DNA of 64,000 nucleotides from Epiperipatus broadwayi (Eukaryota > Animalia > Onychophora). The notes below the pieces were generated by a model. The model saw only the letters and a list, made by a program, of their open reading frames with translations. It ran no database searches and was not told the origin of the DNA. Position 1 is the stretch's first letter. Each line of letters starts with the position of its first letter. Both the position numbers and the translations under genes were made by a program. Below are positions 12,901 through 26,201 of this stretch, in pieces. Where the stretch lies: positions 2,790,001-2,854,000 of the forward strand of contig JAQFVV010000010.1 in the NCBI GenBank assembly GCA_028023455.1, given 5' to 3'.

Positions 12901-13575
12901 ACCACATTATCAATTACTAAAAAGAAATCAGAAGTGGAATTGGTTACATGTTCATAAAGATGACAAATATTTAATAGGTGAAAAGTTTGGGTATTTGATC
13001 TTCTTAAAAGAAATGGGTAGAAGGGATAATTAGAGAAAACTTTTCCCAACAGTTAGTAACAGTGCAAGTAGATAATAGGACAGATTTATTGGAGACATTT
13101 GAATCATGTTTGCTGATAGTGAATAGAAGAAATAGAAGGTCCTAAAATAAAAGTTACCACTAAGGATGAAACAAATAACTCCTGTGAAAAACAAGATATA
13201 GTCAAGATAGTACTAGATCAAGTAATTGCTCTAAATGAAAACCAAACTGAACCAGAATATATAGAATCAGATGAAATGGTGGAAATTCAATATGAAGAAA
13301 TAGCCATGGAACAAACAGAAATGCAAACACAGACATGGCATAGGTCGCCTAGACCCCAAAGACAAAGACCGAAGAAATTGCAAGAAGGTATATAACATTT
13401 AGTGACCTCTTTCTCTGTGGTAAGGAGAGGGATGAAATATTTGTACTGAACTAATTAAACAAATATTTTGGGAAGTAAAAAAATAGACTTTGAATAAATT
13501 ATTGTTTTAAAATACTTTGCAAAAGTAAAGTACAAAAATGAAAAAGATTGTTATTGAAAGGAAAATATAATATAC
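9934..13575 (+). mobile_element. Decayed, internally deleted Gypsy LTR retrotransposon
   Basis: Similar LTRs start TGAAATAT at 9934 and 13433, the second after a PPT (AAGGAGAGGGA). Contains a gag N-terminus (EWSLYITQVEKFFKLN), protease VEIDSGSGISIM, RT (DLISAFHQI...PYFDNIL) and PHYQLLKRNQKWNW. No integrase was seen. Confidence 0.8.
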
Positions 13576-15989
13576 CGGTTCATCCATATCATGTTAAGAT
13601 GAGCATGCACACATATTGAACATAAAAAAATATGGCAACATGCCAGGGTACTGCTTTAAATCTTTTTATGATCGCCGTGATGCAGTCATAAGGACGATTA
13701 TTAAAGTATTGACTCTTACATACCTTTGAAGAATTACTTTAAATACAACCCCTCGCCCCACTCCTAAAAAGAGAAGAAAAAAAATTCCCCCTCCTGAAAG
13801 GATATGCAAGGCCAATAATTATATGAAATATAGTAAAACAAACAAAATCTAATAGAAATAAATACCCTAATGACCAAAGATTTAAATCCCAATAAGTTGA
13901 TATCCCATATGCTAGATCAGCTTTCTCTTTATCCCAGGTAAAGAAATGGGGATAGCAAAACTCGCGTAATTATCTAATTATTTTACTATTAGAGAAATAA
14001 ATACGAATAGAGTATCAAAGCAGTAAAGCAATTCTAAAGATTATTAAATGAACATTTATTGAGCTCCGTATCCCTTCACCAATTATAAAGATAAGTACAA
14101 TAATAATAAACCCCAATGCAGAGAAAAAAATATATGATAATATAATAGTTATTTTGATAAAGGAATATAATATTAAAACATAAAAAGAAAAGAATCAATT
14201 AGTGAGAGAGAGTGGTCTGAGAATTATAACCTTGCATATGAATACATTATACAAATACTAAATAGTACATTAAGTAAGATTGATATTTTTACTTAAAGAA
14301 ATATATAAATGAAAGATATATATTACACAATAATATATCTGAAATTAATAAAAATAGATTGTACCATATAAAATCTTTATTACACTTCTCTGGCTCTGAG
14401 TAGGCTATTCATCTGTTCATCCAGGACGGCAAGGATTTTTCTTGAATGCAGCACTTTATAGCAGATTTCATAATCACTTGGTGACTGGATCTAGGAGACA
14501 TTTCTAATGGCAGGAGTAGAGCTGGGCAGGCGCACTGAATGCGGTTCCTACCCCATGACCATTTCACGGATGAGAATAGACATGTTGCATGTTTAATCGT
14601 AATTTAATTTCTTCTTTGGTTAATGATAGTCCACTAATAGTAGGATTTTCTTCTTAGTTTATACAGCACTGGTAACAGTTCTCTTTTACTTTGGTTTTTT
14701 CAAATATCAGAACCCTCCAGTAAAAACAGTTCTGCACCACACTAATAATAATTTGTTAGTCCAAAATCATCTTGAAGCTTGCTCTTCACCAGCGTGATAT
14801 AAAAGAAATATCTAGAACTCCTTGAATGGCTGACTGTTTGTCTCTGTAGGTTCAACTTCAACTTTCCAAGTTTACATAAGTTGAATAAGTTCACCTCCAA
14901 CTCTAAGTTTAAGTAAGTTAAAATAAATGCAATAAGTAAGCAAGCAAGTGAATAAATTAAAATCAGAAAATAATTGAATAAGTCTAATCTGTTCCAATAA
15001 GTAAGTGAATGAGTGAGGGAGTGGATGAGTGCCTGGTGAACAGCTTATATAGCCCACTCATTACAATCCAATCCAGGTATCCCTCTGAAAAACATTTAAT
15101 TAGTTAATTTTGAATTTTATTAATGGATCCATACAATGCACGAAGCATTCCCATGTAATCCCCTAATTAATCTGAAGAATTTTATTTTTAATTAAATTTA
15201 TTATCCACTCCGACCACTATCTGATTCAACACAAAAAAAAAAGGAAAAAATTTTACTATATAAGACATTTTCTGATAATCAGATTACACTTAAAAATATT
15301 TTTTTAATTAAACTAGATATTTTTCTCCACCTGCATTAACATTAGTTTCAATGAATCCTTTTGTCTAGTTGAAATACTTGAAAATTTAATAGAAAGCAAA
15401 ATTACTTATCTACAAAAAATATATATAAATGTCTTTAGGCTTTTCTTGAATCTAGAACAATGACTCCCCCCCCCCCTGCTTAAATGTGTTTGTAGAGAAA
15501 AATAACTAATAAAACTTTTGATTTTAAAAATTACATATATGTTGGAACATTTATTCATTTCCATCTTTTTTTTCTTTTTACAAACACTTAACAAAAAAAG
15601 TATAAATGTAAATTACACATAAACATCTTTGCATTTCTCTAAAAAAAATGAACATAAAAATAATAATAAAAATTATTATAAGCATATAGTTAATATGCCT
15701 ACTTATCAAATTATAAACCTTAACTATTGGCTTTTCTAGTGTGTGCGAGGATATGATATATCCACAGACCCTCTCACTTATTTTATAACATGACTAATTT
15801 TGGTTATATACATGGTACGCATCCCTCCCTTTAATGGCTTTATTACATATTTTAGGCCATTTGCTTACTTAATACAATTTTATGCTTGGCCATACAAAAT
15901 GTGCCGGCATAATACTCTTCTCCCAAATGAGACGTTTAAATGAGATTATCATTTAATGTGTTTTACTCATTAATTACATTTTTTTTAAA

Positions 15990-17941
15990 CAAAATTTTAT
16001 AACATGGATTTCAATGCTCTCACATTGTACATGCCTTGATGCCTTGCTTTGTTTTGACCCAGAAAGCTTTATTTCCCCGACATTATAGCACTAATCATGA
16101 AGAACAATTTTTATTCTTTGAAGCAAAAATAAGAGAAGAAAAATTAAAAAACAAAGAAGAATTCATTAATTTGCCAGTAAGGAGTGTTTACAAAATTCAT
16201 GAAAAGTATTGAATTGATAACAAGAGTGAAATAAGCTATTTATTAATAAAACATTCAAATCTTTTATCGATGGTTTTTTAATCAAGGAATGTGTGATAAA
16301 AGCTGCCAAATTTGTCTGTCCAAGACATCTCATTATCAACGAATACTGTGACAGATAGACTTACTGAAATAGCAGATGATATCACTTCGCAAAACTACAG
16401 GAAATATCTATCAAAATTCAGTTTTTTTCAATTGCGATTGATGAAAGCATGGATATAAGAGATGTTGCCCAAGTTGCTGTATTTTTTCATGGTTGCAATA
16501 ATAACATGAGGATCATCAAAGAATTGTTGGAATTCATCCCTCTTCATAGAACAACAACTGGTGAAGATATTTTTGATGCTGAATGGAGCATTGTAGAAAA
16601 ATTTAACTTGCCTCTTGACAAGCTTGTTTCTGTGACAACTGACAGTGCTAAATCGATGACGGGTTAAACTAAAGGTTTTGTGTCATGACTGACAAGGAAA
16701 TTACAAAATGAATATCCAGATAAACTGAAAATCGAAGCTTTTTATTGCCTCATTCACCAACAAGTTCTCTGTTTAAAATTATTAAAAATGGACCAAGTAT
16801 TTAAAACAGTTACAAAGATAGTCAACTTTATTCAATCGAGAGCACTTAACCATTACCAATTTACTTTGTTCTTTAAAGATTTCGAATCCGAATTTGAAGA
16901 TCTTCTTTATTACACAGAAGTTTGTGGGTTGTCCTGCAACAATGTTCTAAACAGCTTCTATCTGCTTTTGGAGGAAATAATATTATTTTTTAAAATGAAA
17001 TATGAAAACAACGAAAATATATCGGTTATAAAAGATCCATTGTGGGTACAAGACCTAGCATTTTTAACAGATATTACAGGCCATCTGAATAATCTTAATA
17101 TTACATTGCAAGGCAAAGATCAATTGATAATGAACATGTACGATGCAGTTGCAAGCTTTGCATAAAAACTGAATTTGTTTAAAAATCATTTGCAAAAGAA
17201 TGTGTTGATGTATTTCCTACGTGTGAGCAGTTAAAAACACAAAATCAAAGTTTTTTGTTTTCACAATACTCTGCAAAAATTGAATTCGATAAATGTTTTG
17301 ATGATTTCAAGGAGTTAGAAGAAATTTTTTCTCTTTTCAATGGACCTTTTAAAGTTGAAAAAGCTCCGACTTCAATAGAACTAGAATTAATTGATTTTCA
17401 GAATGATTTGATTTTAAAAAACAAATATTGAGAAGTAGGAACTTCCAAAATATATTCCTATTTAGGTGAAAGATACCCAGTAATTAAAAATTTGCTGCAC
17501 AAATTTTATGTTTTTTTAGAAGTACATATTTATATGAGCAATTATTTTCATGCATGCAATTAAATAAAACAGCTTACAGATCAACTGATAAACATCCATC
17601 TGCCATAATGAAAATTATTTGTTCTCAGTTTTTGAATCCAGATATCGGAAAACTAATAGGAGGAAAGCACTGGCAAGTTTCTAGTAAAAATAATAAATTC
17701 TAGTTTTATAAATATGTAATCAAATAAAATAAATGTTTAAATAAAAGCAATACTATATCAATTGTATGTCATTGAACTGAATTCACTAAACTACATAATA
17801 TGTTTTAATTACACCACCTATATTCCTGCATTCTCACTTCAAAATAAAATTTTAAGAAAATTTGTAAGTGTGATGTGGCCAGATTAGAATCTTAACAGTC
17901 GCATTAAATGGCCCATTGTTTGAAGGAGTTTGACACACCTG
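15990..17941 (+). mobile_element. hAT (SPIN/Charlie/Buster-like) transposase pseudogene with right TIR
   Basis: RHYSTNH, DESMDIRDVAQVAVF, LVSVTTDSAKSM, FYCLIHQQ and VTKIVNFIQSRALNHYQF...DLAFLTDITGHLNNLNITLQG motifs. Right end ...GAGTTTGACACACCTG (rc CAGGTGTGTCAAACTC). Left TIR not found. Confidence 0.9.
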
Positions 17942-17989
17942 GTTTGAAGCAAGTCTTAGAATTTTTTGCCTAAACCAATCCCTCCTCCC

Positions 17990-17991
<2 letters not shown>

Positions 17992-18034
<43 letters not shown>
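17992..18034. repeat. (CA)n microsatellite
   Basis: About 21 uninterrupted AC units. Confidence 0.98.
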
Positions 18035-18036
<2 letters not shown>

Positions 18037-18270
18037 TAGCCTGTTAAAAAATACAGTTTGGAATTTATTTATTTTTTATCATTTTTTTAATATTTATTTT
18101 GGAAATTATTTTTATTTAATATATATTAATATTTTAAAAATATAATGAATCAACACTGATGCAAAAGAAATATTAGAATCTTAAATTTTAATTCTATTTT
18201 GAATTTTTTTTTAAAAAAAGTTATTTTTAAAATTTTTTTATCCAATTAAACCAGATATTATTTGTTTTAG

Positions 18271-18417
18271 GAACTTCGGGAAGACAATAGAATTCTTGTT
18301 GAAACAAAGGAAATGCTTGAGGACCAGCTTGAAGTGAGTCGTAAGCGAGCTGACTCAGTTGCTGAACTTCAGAATGAAATTATTCGTTACAAACAACAAA
18401 TAAATGAATTAACAATG
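18271..18417 (+). CDS. Girdin: Girdin coding exon 5 in window
   Basis: AG/GT boundaries, 147 nt. ELREDNRILVETKEMLEDQLEVSRKRADSVAELQNEIIRYKQQINELTM resembles ELKEDNQVLLETKTMLEDQL. Confidence 0.95.
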
Positions 18418-18899
18418 GTAATAAAATATTTGTTTGTATATGCTTTAACTGTCTATATGCATGGGCATATCTGTGTTGTGGTCTTGTAAAACTCATGATA
18501 GAAGTTTTAATAGAAATGCAGCTTTCAAGTTTGTGTTTAATACTATAGTGGTTTATTACAACATAGTTTAACTATTTGATTACATACTTTTATAATATCA
18601 ATTAGTTTCTCTCAATATGCATTAACTTTCTATCAAAGTTACTTATAGCAAGTTCAATTCTATTTTTAATGAATGAAGTTATTTCTCATGTGGACTGTTA
18701 TATTTTTATCAACAGATTTATTACCATGATAATGATATATAATTTTTCCATTTATCTATTAGTACAACCTACACAGATTAAGTAAATAATCTTTAGCCAA
18801 TAATATGACATATATAAATAATGAATCACTTAAGCAATAGATTTAAATTTTGTAGGTATAATTAGTTAACTTTTAGGCTTACAAAAATTATATAGTATG

Positions 18900-21450
18900 T
18901 ACATTTATCTTCAATGAGATTTAGCAGAGATTGTAGTTTCTAATTCATCAGAAAATCCGATTTTCTACTTTTATATCATTTAAATTATTTTTGTCTGAAG
19001 TCTTCAACACCAGTATTTTAAAGTCTGTCTTTTATATATGTATTAGATAACTTCTTCCATTCCAGTAGTACAAGAAGCTACTATTAGTCTATTGTATAAT
19101 CATTTAAGTATTATGATCATGTCTTAATTTTTTGAACTCATTGATTCCCATTTTTGGATTCTCTCATTGTTCTTTATTTTTGGCCAGTTCTTTTGGATGA
19201 GTTTGTTCTACTTTTGACGGTAAATTGAAAATTTGATATCTTCAGAGAAGAGTGCTTTATTTTTTTTATTCATGGTGAATATCTTTTGCATCAGATTTGG
19301 ACATAGATAGTTAGAGGCTTTTATTTTGAAATATTCTCAATTTAATATTTCTTGCCCATTAGATTACTAACTTATGATTTGTAATGATAATCTTGTACAT
19401 AATTTTCTATCCATCAATTGCTTTATGGATCTATTACAGTCATCCCTGAAGGTATTATATGCTTATGAAATAAAAGTGTGTACATTGTCTCGTGTATATT
19501 ATTAAGCTTTGTTTTTTTATCATAAATTTCAATTGCTTTATAGCCTTTTTATCAATTATTTGATTCAGGATGGTACTATAGTAACAATACGAATGGTAAT
19601 CTCTATTTCAGTAGGCCATTATATGAAATTTTCTGAGTCACTGCAGAATTTCTTCAGGTCTAATATTTACTACAAGTTGATAGTCTGTCTACTAAGAATA
19701 TGCATCAACTGTTACTAGGCATAATTGTCCTCTATAGCAGTGATGTGCAACCTTTTTACCCTTGTGCCTCATTATTTGTTTTTATCATGTCAAAATTATA
19801 AGTATGTAATAATGTTTATAATAAAAAAAGAATAATAATTGTAATTAATATACAACTTTATATTTTTTAATATTAATATTAAGCACATACTATTGGAAAT
19901 AAAATTTTTGAAACAAATCATATACAAAAAAAAAATTATGATATATACAAAAACAATTTATTCTCACATGATTTTTATTAATAATTAAATTCTTTCAAAA
20001 AAAGTATTTTCTAAAACTTATAAGATGGGGTCTAGTAGCCTTTAACCATATACTATATTGCTTTGTGAATAATTTTAGCCTTCTCTTTGATTCTCTAGCG
20101 GCCCCACGAAGGCCAAGAAAGGGGGGGAATGGGGAGGAGGAGGGGGATGGTGGGGTGGTTTTTTAGCTTCACATTGTTTAATTTTCTTTTTCATATCCCT
20201 ATTGATCTGGTTATCAGATAAATCCATATACCTAGGCAATTTCTGAACGTCCTCAGATTAGTCCCAGAACTTTTTCTTCACATCAAATCACCCACCAATA
20301 TAATTGTTGCATTTCAAAAAGCAAGTGATAGATAATTGTGACAACTTGATGACCATCCATCACATCCAGTTTATTAGTTTTTGATAACTCATATTCCTCT
20401 TAGAGTTCATTCTGCAATGAATTTACTATAGAGGCATTTGGTTTTTTATTATTTCATAAAATTTATAAATAGTTTCCGGGCATGGCTTTTGATTATCTGG
20501 AAACCTCAATAACATGTTAGCATAAGTGTACTTCTTTTTTTGTAGTTTAACTTACATATGTTCTTGGGATTATGTGATCTGGGATGGGATTTATCTTTAG
20601 AAAATATCCTCAGTAATGGTTTGTGATCTGTGGCCAAATTTCCAGCTATGTAGTTATTAGTGAATTTTCTGATTTCATATATTTTGGCCAGTACTTCTTA
20701 TCCAGTTGAATACAATTCTTTTCACCCTTGGGCATAGTGTGATATGCATAAACTATTTATCTTTCACAATTTTTTTATCTTGTGGTAAGTATAACTTTTA
20801 ACTTTCTATTGTAATGGAATAATAGATTACTGGATGCTAGTAGAGATTTTGTTGCCAAAAAGTTTTCTCTCAAGATTTTCCAGTGTTCATCCCCACTCTC
20901 CTCAGAAATCATAAACTAGTATAATTATAGTTGCTCCTTTTAGTAAACGACATCTAAAAATATCTGTAATTTCTTTATTGAATTTAAAACTTTCTGCATT
21001 CATCATAGTTTGAATTTTTCCTTATGATGATATTCTTGGGGCCTCAAATTTTGTGTCCTATACCTTCCAGATACATAATAGTGTATTACAAAATTGACTG
21101 ACACTTTTCCTTTTTGCTTTTTGATTTAACATTTTTTCTGAACTTTCTTTTCAATAGAAAGTCATCGAAATTTGGAATCACCCCATCCACATTTCTCAAA
21201 TACTTGATAATCTTTGATTGAAATATGTTAGGGATAATTGTTATTTTGACTGACATTCTTTTGCATTTAACAAGGCAAGTGTGTGATTATAGTTAATATT
21301 GTGATTGATTCCTCATTCATAGGAATTTGAAAAGTTTCTTTTAGATTTATTTTGCAAAGAATGAGTAGTTTTATAATAAAGGTAGATCTTTCTTAAATTT
21401 GGCATTGGCTAAGTATTTTTTTTTTTTGAGATAATTATTGATTGTCATGC
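18900..21450 (-). mobile_element. Decayed Gypsy pol (RT-RNaseH-integrase)
   Basis: The minus strand gives NIFQSKII...VIPNFDDFL (RT), EKNCIQLDK and a TDHKPLL-like motif (RNase H), and an SNGQ-like integrase motif. Interrupted at ~19739-20160. Confidence 0.7.
19739..20160 (+). mobile_element. Probable hAT left-end fragment inserted in the Gypsy remnant
   Basis: Starts CAGTGATGTGCAACCTTTTT after ctctatag, a hAT-like terminus. No matching right TIR was found. Confidence 0.4.
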
Positions 21451-21841
21451 AATAGTTTTTACATACGTATAATTGAGCACTGGCTTTCAGAATGTTGAGA
21501 GGAGTATTCTGCCCTCTACTTATTCAAAGACTTAATTTATTTTATTTCTAAGAGTGAATAATAACTTCGGTGATTTGTAGTTAATTGGTTTTTCCTTTTA
21601 AGCCATCATTAATTCTATTGGGTTTTTTTAAAATACTTTATTGATCTGTAATAAAAAATTTAGTTGTTACAACTTTTTTTTTTTAAATCTACTTGTTTAA
21701 AAAAATTTGATCCCTATTATTTTAATCTATTCTTTACTTATAATTGCATTTATGTGTTTATTAACTATATATAGTGTTATTTTGCTTTTTTATTTTTTTT
21801 TATTGGTATTTTTGTTTGTCCTAGTACTTTATTTTCATTTA

Positions 21842-23019
21842 CACCTGGGTCTTGTTTTATGCGATTTTGAAGTTATGCGATTCATGTTTCTTCTTAATAT
21901 CTTTTTATGCGGGTTTTCTTTTATACGATAAAGAAGTTCATATTTCACTATATTTATTAGATATCAAGAAATTTAAATTATTAATAACTTATTTTGACTT
22001 GAAATATTTTTTTTAAAGAAAAATATAATGTTATATTAGCAACTAACATGAATATGGTCTGAAGCTGTTTAGAATCTTAGCTTTTACATAAATAACCTAC
22101 TTATACTTATGAGTAAATAATAATAATAGATTTATACTTTCAAGTATAAAAATATCGCTATAAATATTCAAAAATTTTAAACTTTTAAAACATATTTTGT
22201 TAGATATAATAATCAGAAATAAAGAAGATTTTGTTCATTTTGTAAACTGAAAATAATATTTCTAATGAGAATGTATAATCTTTTTGTTTTGATTGCAATC
22301 TCATTTTTTTAATGTAGAAACAAAATGTGAACGTTTAAAATTTATTTCAGTAGTAAACAAAAATATCTATCAAATGAAGACAAATTTATTATTTTCTGAT
22401 AAGTAAAAATCATTTAATCATAGATTTTACGTTGATGTGTGAGACAAAGAAAAACATCAGAAAATGCTGAAATCTGCGTTTGCTGCAATGAATTACCTCT
22501 TAAATTCCAATGAGAGCTAATTCGTTGTGTGTCTGGATATCACGAGCTTTATAAACAATTAGTAAAATCATTGTCTCAAAGTTTGATCACCGATTACATT
22601 GGCAACACAAAACCATTAACACAGCACAAGACTAGAGGTAGCGCTAGTTGTACTTCCTCTTGTGACAAATCTGATTTTTTACCAGTTCACAAATGAACCG
22701 CATATTGTCAAATAGCGATAATGATTAAAATATGTATGAAAAAATGTAAAATTAAATACTGTAGTTAATAAAAAAAGTTTGTCTTGTATTAATCTTTTTC
22801 AAATATTTGAATTTTTTTATTAGTTATACTTTATTTTTTTATTTTTTTTTTATGCAAATTGTAAAGTAATTTTTTCTTGTTGCTTTGCTTTTATGTGATT
22901 TCTGAAAATTACAGAATGTATCCCCCATTTTTCAAGGTAAGTTAAATCTATTTTTGTGTGATTTTTTTAATGCGGGTTTTCTGCGGAACCTATCTACTGC
23001 ATAAAACGAGACCCAGGTG
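21842..23019. mobile_element. pogo/Tc1-mariner-like MITE, copy A (1178 bp)
   Basis: TA-CACCTGGGTCTTGTTTTATGC...GCATAAAACGAGACCCAGGTG-TA: TIRs with a TA TSD. Confidence 0.9.
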
Positions 23020-23929
23020 TATATCACTTGCCAGAAATCTCATATCCTCATGATGTAGTTCAAATCTATTTTTATTTGTGATAATATTCTACTTTTTAAA
23101 TGACATAATACCCTGCATGGTCTGGTGTACTGATAGAGTGGAACACTATGTAGCTCAAAATTCAGTGATTGCAGCCCAGCTGTATCACTTTCAGAGCATG
23201 ATCTTCTTATGAGTTTCTAAGCACATTAATTTATTTTGAAAGCATGTAATCAAAATTTATAATAGAAATTTCGAAGCTTTGGACTGGACATGATCCCTGA
23301 GATGGTGTCATTCATAGACATATATATATATAAAGCATTCACAATGGATCCCTATTTGAATAACTGCATTTAGTAATTTTCACTAAATTTTATTAATTTT
23401 TACTTTTATCTCATATAGGAAGATAAATACACAAATTTAGTTCTGAAAATGTTGACTAAGCTTTTGCATACTCAGTAGAAAGATCAGTTTCTTGTGGTGC
23501 AGATCATTACCTGTTTGATTTTTTCAAAGATATAACAAAAACGTAATTCTATTTAGGCCTTGCTAAGGAATTTACAAGGTTGAAGATCCAAACTATTTTT
23601 ATAATAGAGTCATTGTGCCTCACCTCTGAAACTAAAAACTTGAATTCCAGATATATAAAAGCAGAGCTGATTTGTTGTGTTATCAACTAAAACAGTACAT
23701 ATTTAATTGGCAATGGGCCAAATACAAAATGTTAGAAATCTGAAAATATAATTTGTTTCAATTATTACTCAAACAACAATAATAATAATTTACCATTTTT
23801 GTCCACCCCCCTATTAGTGATGATTTCAAATGAAACAAAACTAATAACAGCTAAAAAAAAAAAGTTACTACATTCAGCCTAAAATCATATAGTTTTATAA
23901 TGTTTATTTGTTTTTCTTGAATTCCTCTT

Positions 23930-24300
23930 CTCATTAATAAGGCAGCACTTTGTAGACAGACATATCTACATATATAAATAAAATTGTGAACATTAATTTG
24001 ATAATATGTGCTTCTCTATATAAATACACAATACTTATTAAACCATCATTTATTCAAGATGATATAGTTCTTCCACACACAAAAAAAATAAGGCTTCATA
24101 TTTTTTTGTTGTCAAAAAACTTGTTCTTGACATATTTATATATATGCACACATTTTTACCTACTGTACCAAGAACCTACCCTAATTACTTTACTACATTA
24201 TTCTTACCTTCTAAATTTACTCCATTAACTCCAGATCTTCACACGCTGATATAAATTTCTAAACAGTGAAATCCACAATTAACTTAGTTAAATTCAGTAC
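23930..24300 (-). mobile_element. Decayed non-LTR RT C-terminal fragment
   Basis: The minus strand gives VNGVNLEGKNNVVK*LG*VL, resembling the LE.V..F.YLG motif. Confidence 0.35.
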
Positions 24301-25969
24301 TGTAGGTCTCACATGTGGAGAACACAAATCAAATTAATAACACATTCACATATGGTAATAATTCAAACCATTAAAAGAAGACACAATGAACAAAAAATAA
24401 AAAAAGGATCAAACTAATAATCATTAGTTTTTGTTCACTCTTTTGATATCAATCCCCATAAGGATCAGTAACCTTGCAATCAGCAAAGTATCTTTTATAT
24501 ACGTTTCAAGAAAAGGAATACTTTAAACAGGTTGTTATAGAGCAGTCCATATATACTTCCATACAGCATATCCTAGGTTCAAGCTCAGTAAATTCTTAAG
24601 GTGAGTAGTATACCGTATAAAAATAAAACAAAATTTATAAGTGATATTTACTGTGGAGTGAGATGTGCAGATAAATTGGACACCAAATGCTGATTCTACT
24701 AAGTAACTAATTTATTACATTAAATAAATAAATTAAATAAAAAACCCAATTATTTTATGACATATTATAGAATTATAGTACTATGATATAAATGAAACCC
24801 CCTTCCTTCCTATTCTTTGATTTACATATATGTATATAATTATATACACACATATTTTTTTTAAAAAATGAATAATAATTATAAGAATATTGATATTTCA
24901 AAAGATTAAATGAAAAATATTACTATGTAAAAATATGAAATTATTAGCATACATACACATAAATATGTGCTATTACTTATCAATTGCATTTACAATTAAA
25001 AAAAAGTTAAAGTTGTAAATTTGGTAGTTTTAAAATATAATTACATAATTCCACACATATGCATACACATGTAGATATAGTGTTTACTTATAAATTATAT
25101 TAATATATAAGGAAAAATAAAAACAATGCTATATATTAGAGAGGTTCACAATATAATAAAAAAACAACCCTACTGTCTGAGGGTGTATGGTTTTTTTCAT
25201 TACAATATACACTGATTTAATAAAATAAAGAAATATCTGGAGCTAAGTTTTTTTCAATAATTGTAATAAGTAAATGTTTTACTTTGGTAGTATACTTTTT
25301 TTTTCTTTACAAAAAAAATGGCGCATTTGTTCCAGGTTTTCAGTATATTCTTCAGATGTAAAACTATAAAACAGGGAGGCACATGGATTTAGATTTATTG
25401 ATTTTCTTTACATGATTGTTCTTTCCATAGAGGCACTTGAATGTAGAACAATGAGATACAGGTTTACATATTAATGAGAGAAAAAGGAACTGGCATACAA
25501 CTAAGATCCTCTACTCCATTTTGACTTCTTTAACTATTCTAGGAAATAGCAACTTCATTTAAAATTTTTATTTTTAACTTTCTAGTAATAAAATAAAATA
25601 TACTGATATTTCTTCCTTAATACAAAATTTTAAAGTAATAATAATAAAATTATACATATATATATATATGTATAAAATTATATCTACAAACATAGAATTT
25701 TTAAAATTTGAAGTTATATTTGCTAATTTTAAAATATTTCTTTAGTTCATTTTTATATCACTATTTAAAGGGCTAGTTAGAATTTGTGATGGGTTTTGAT
25801 CATCGTCATCTCATCAGACTATTGTATGCACATACACCAACACTCATATAATTTATTATTTTTGTGATGTTTTAAGCTAATTTATTAAACTGTTCAGTTA
25901 TTATATTAATACTATAGATAAATTTTACAATCATATTATAATATATTATTACATGTATATTTAAAATAG

Positions 25970-26108
25970 CAACGAGATGTTGATCGAGAACGCATTCAAG
26001 AACTAATGGAAGAAAATGTTCAGTTAGAATTTGATAAAAAAAATAGTATGAATGAATCAATGTTATTAGGAGCAGAAGTAAGTAATCTTCGCTGTCAAAA
26101 TAATTCAG
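25970..26108 (+). CDS. Girdin: Girdin coding exon 6 in window
   Basis: aaatAG acceptor and GTatgt donor. QRDVDRERIQELMEENVQLEFDKKNSMNESMLLGAEVSNLRCQNNS resembles ERDMDRKKIEELMEENMTLEMAQKQSMDES. Confidence 0.93.
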
Positions 26109-26201
26109 GTATGTATATAATTAATTATCTGAACCTTTTATATCAATGCTTACTAAGTTCAATTTTTTTTTTTAATGTGTATATATATATTTCTTTATTA
26201 G

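Noticed and set aside
23100-23200. tRNA/SINE-like head
   Set aside because: Only a weak A-box-like stretch; no B box or cloverleaf. No tRNA, rRNA or CRISPR array was recognised anywhere in the window.
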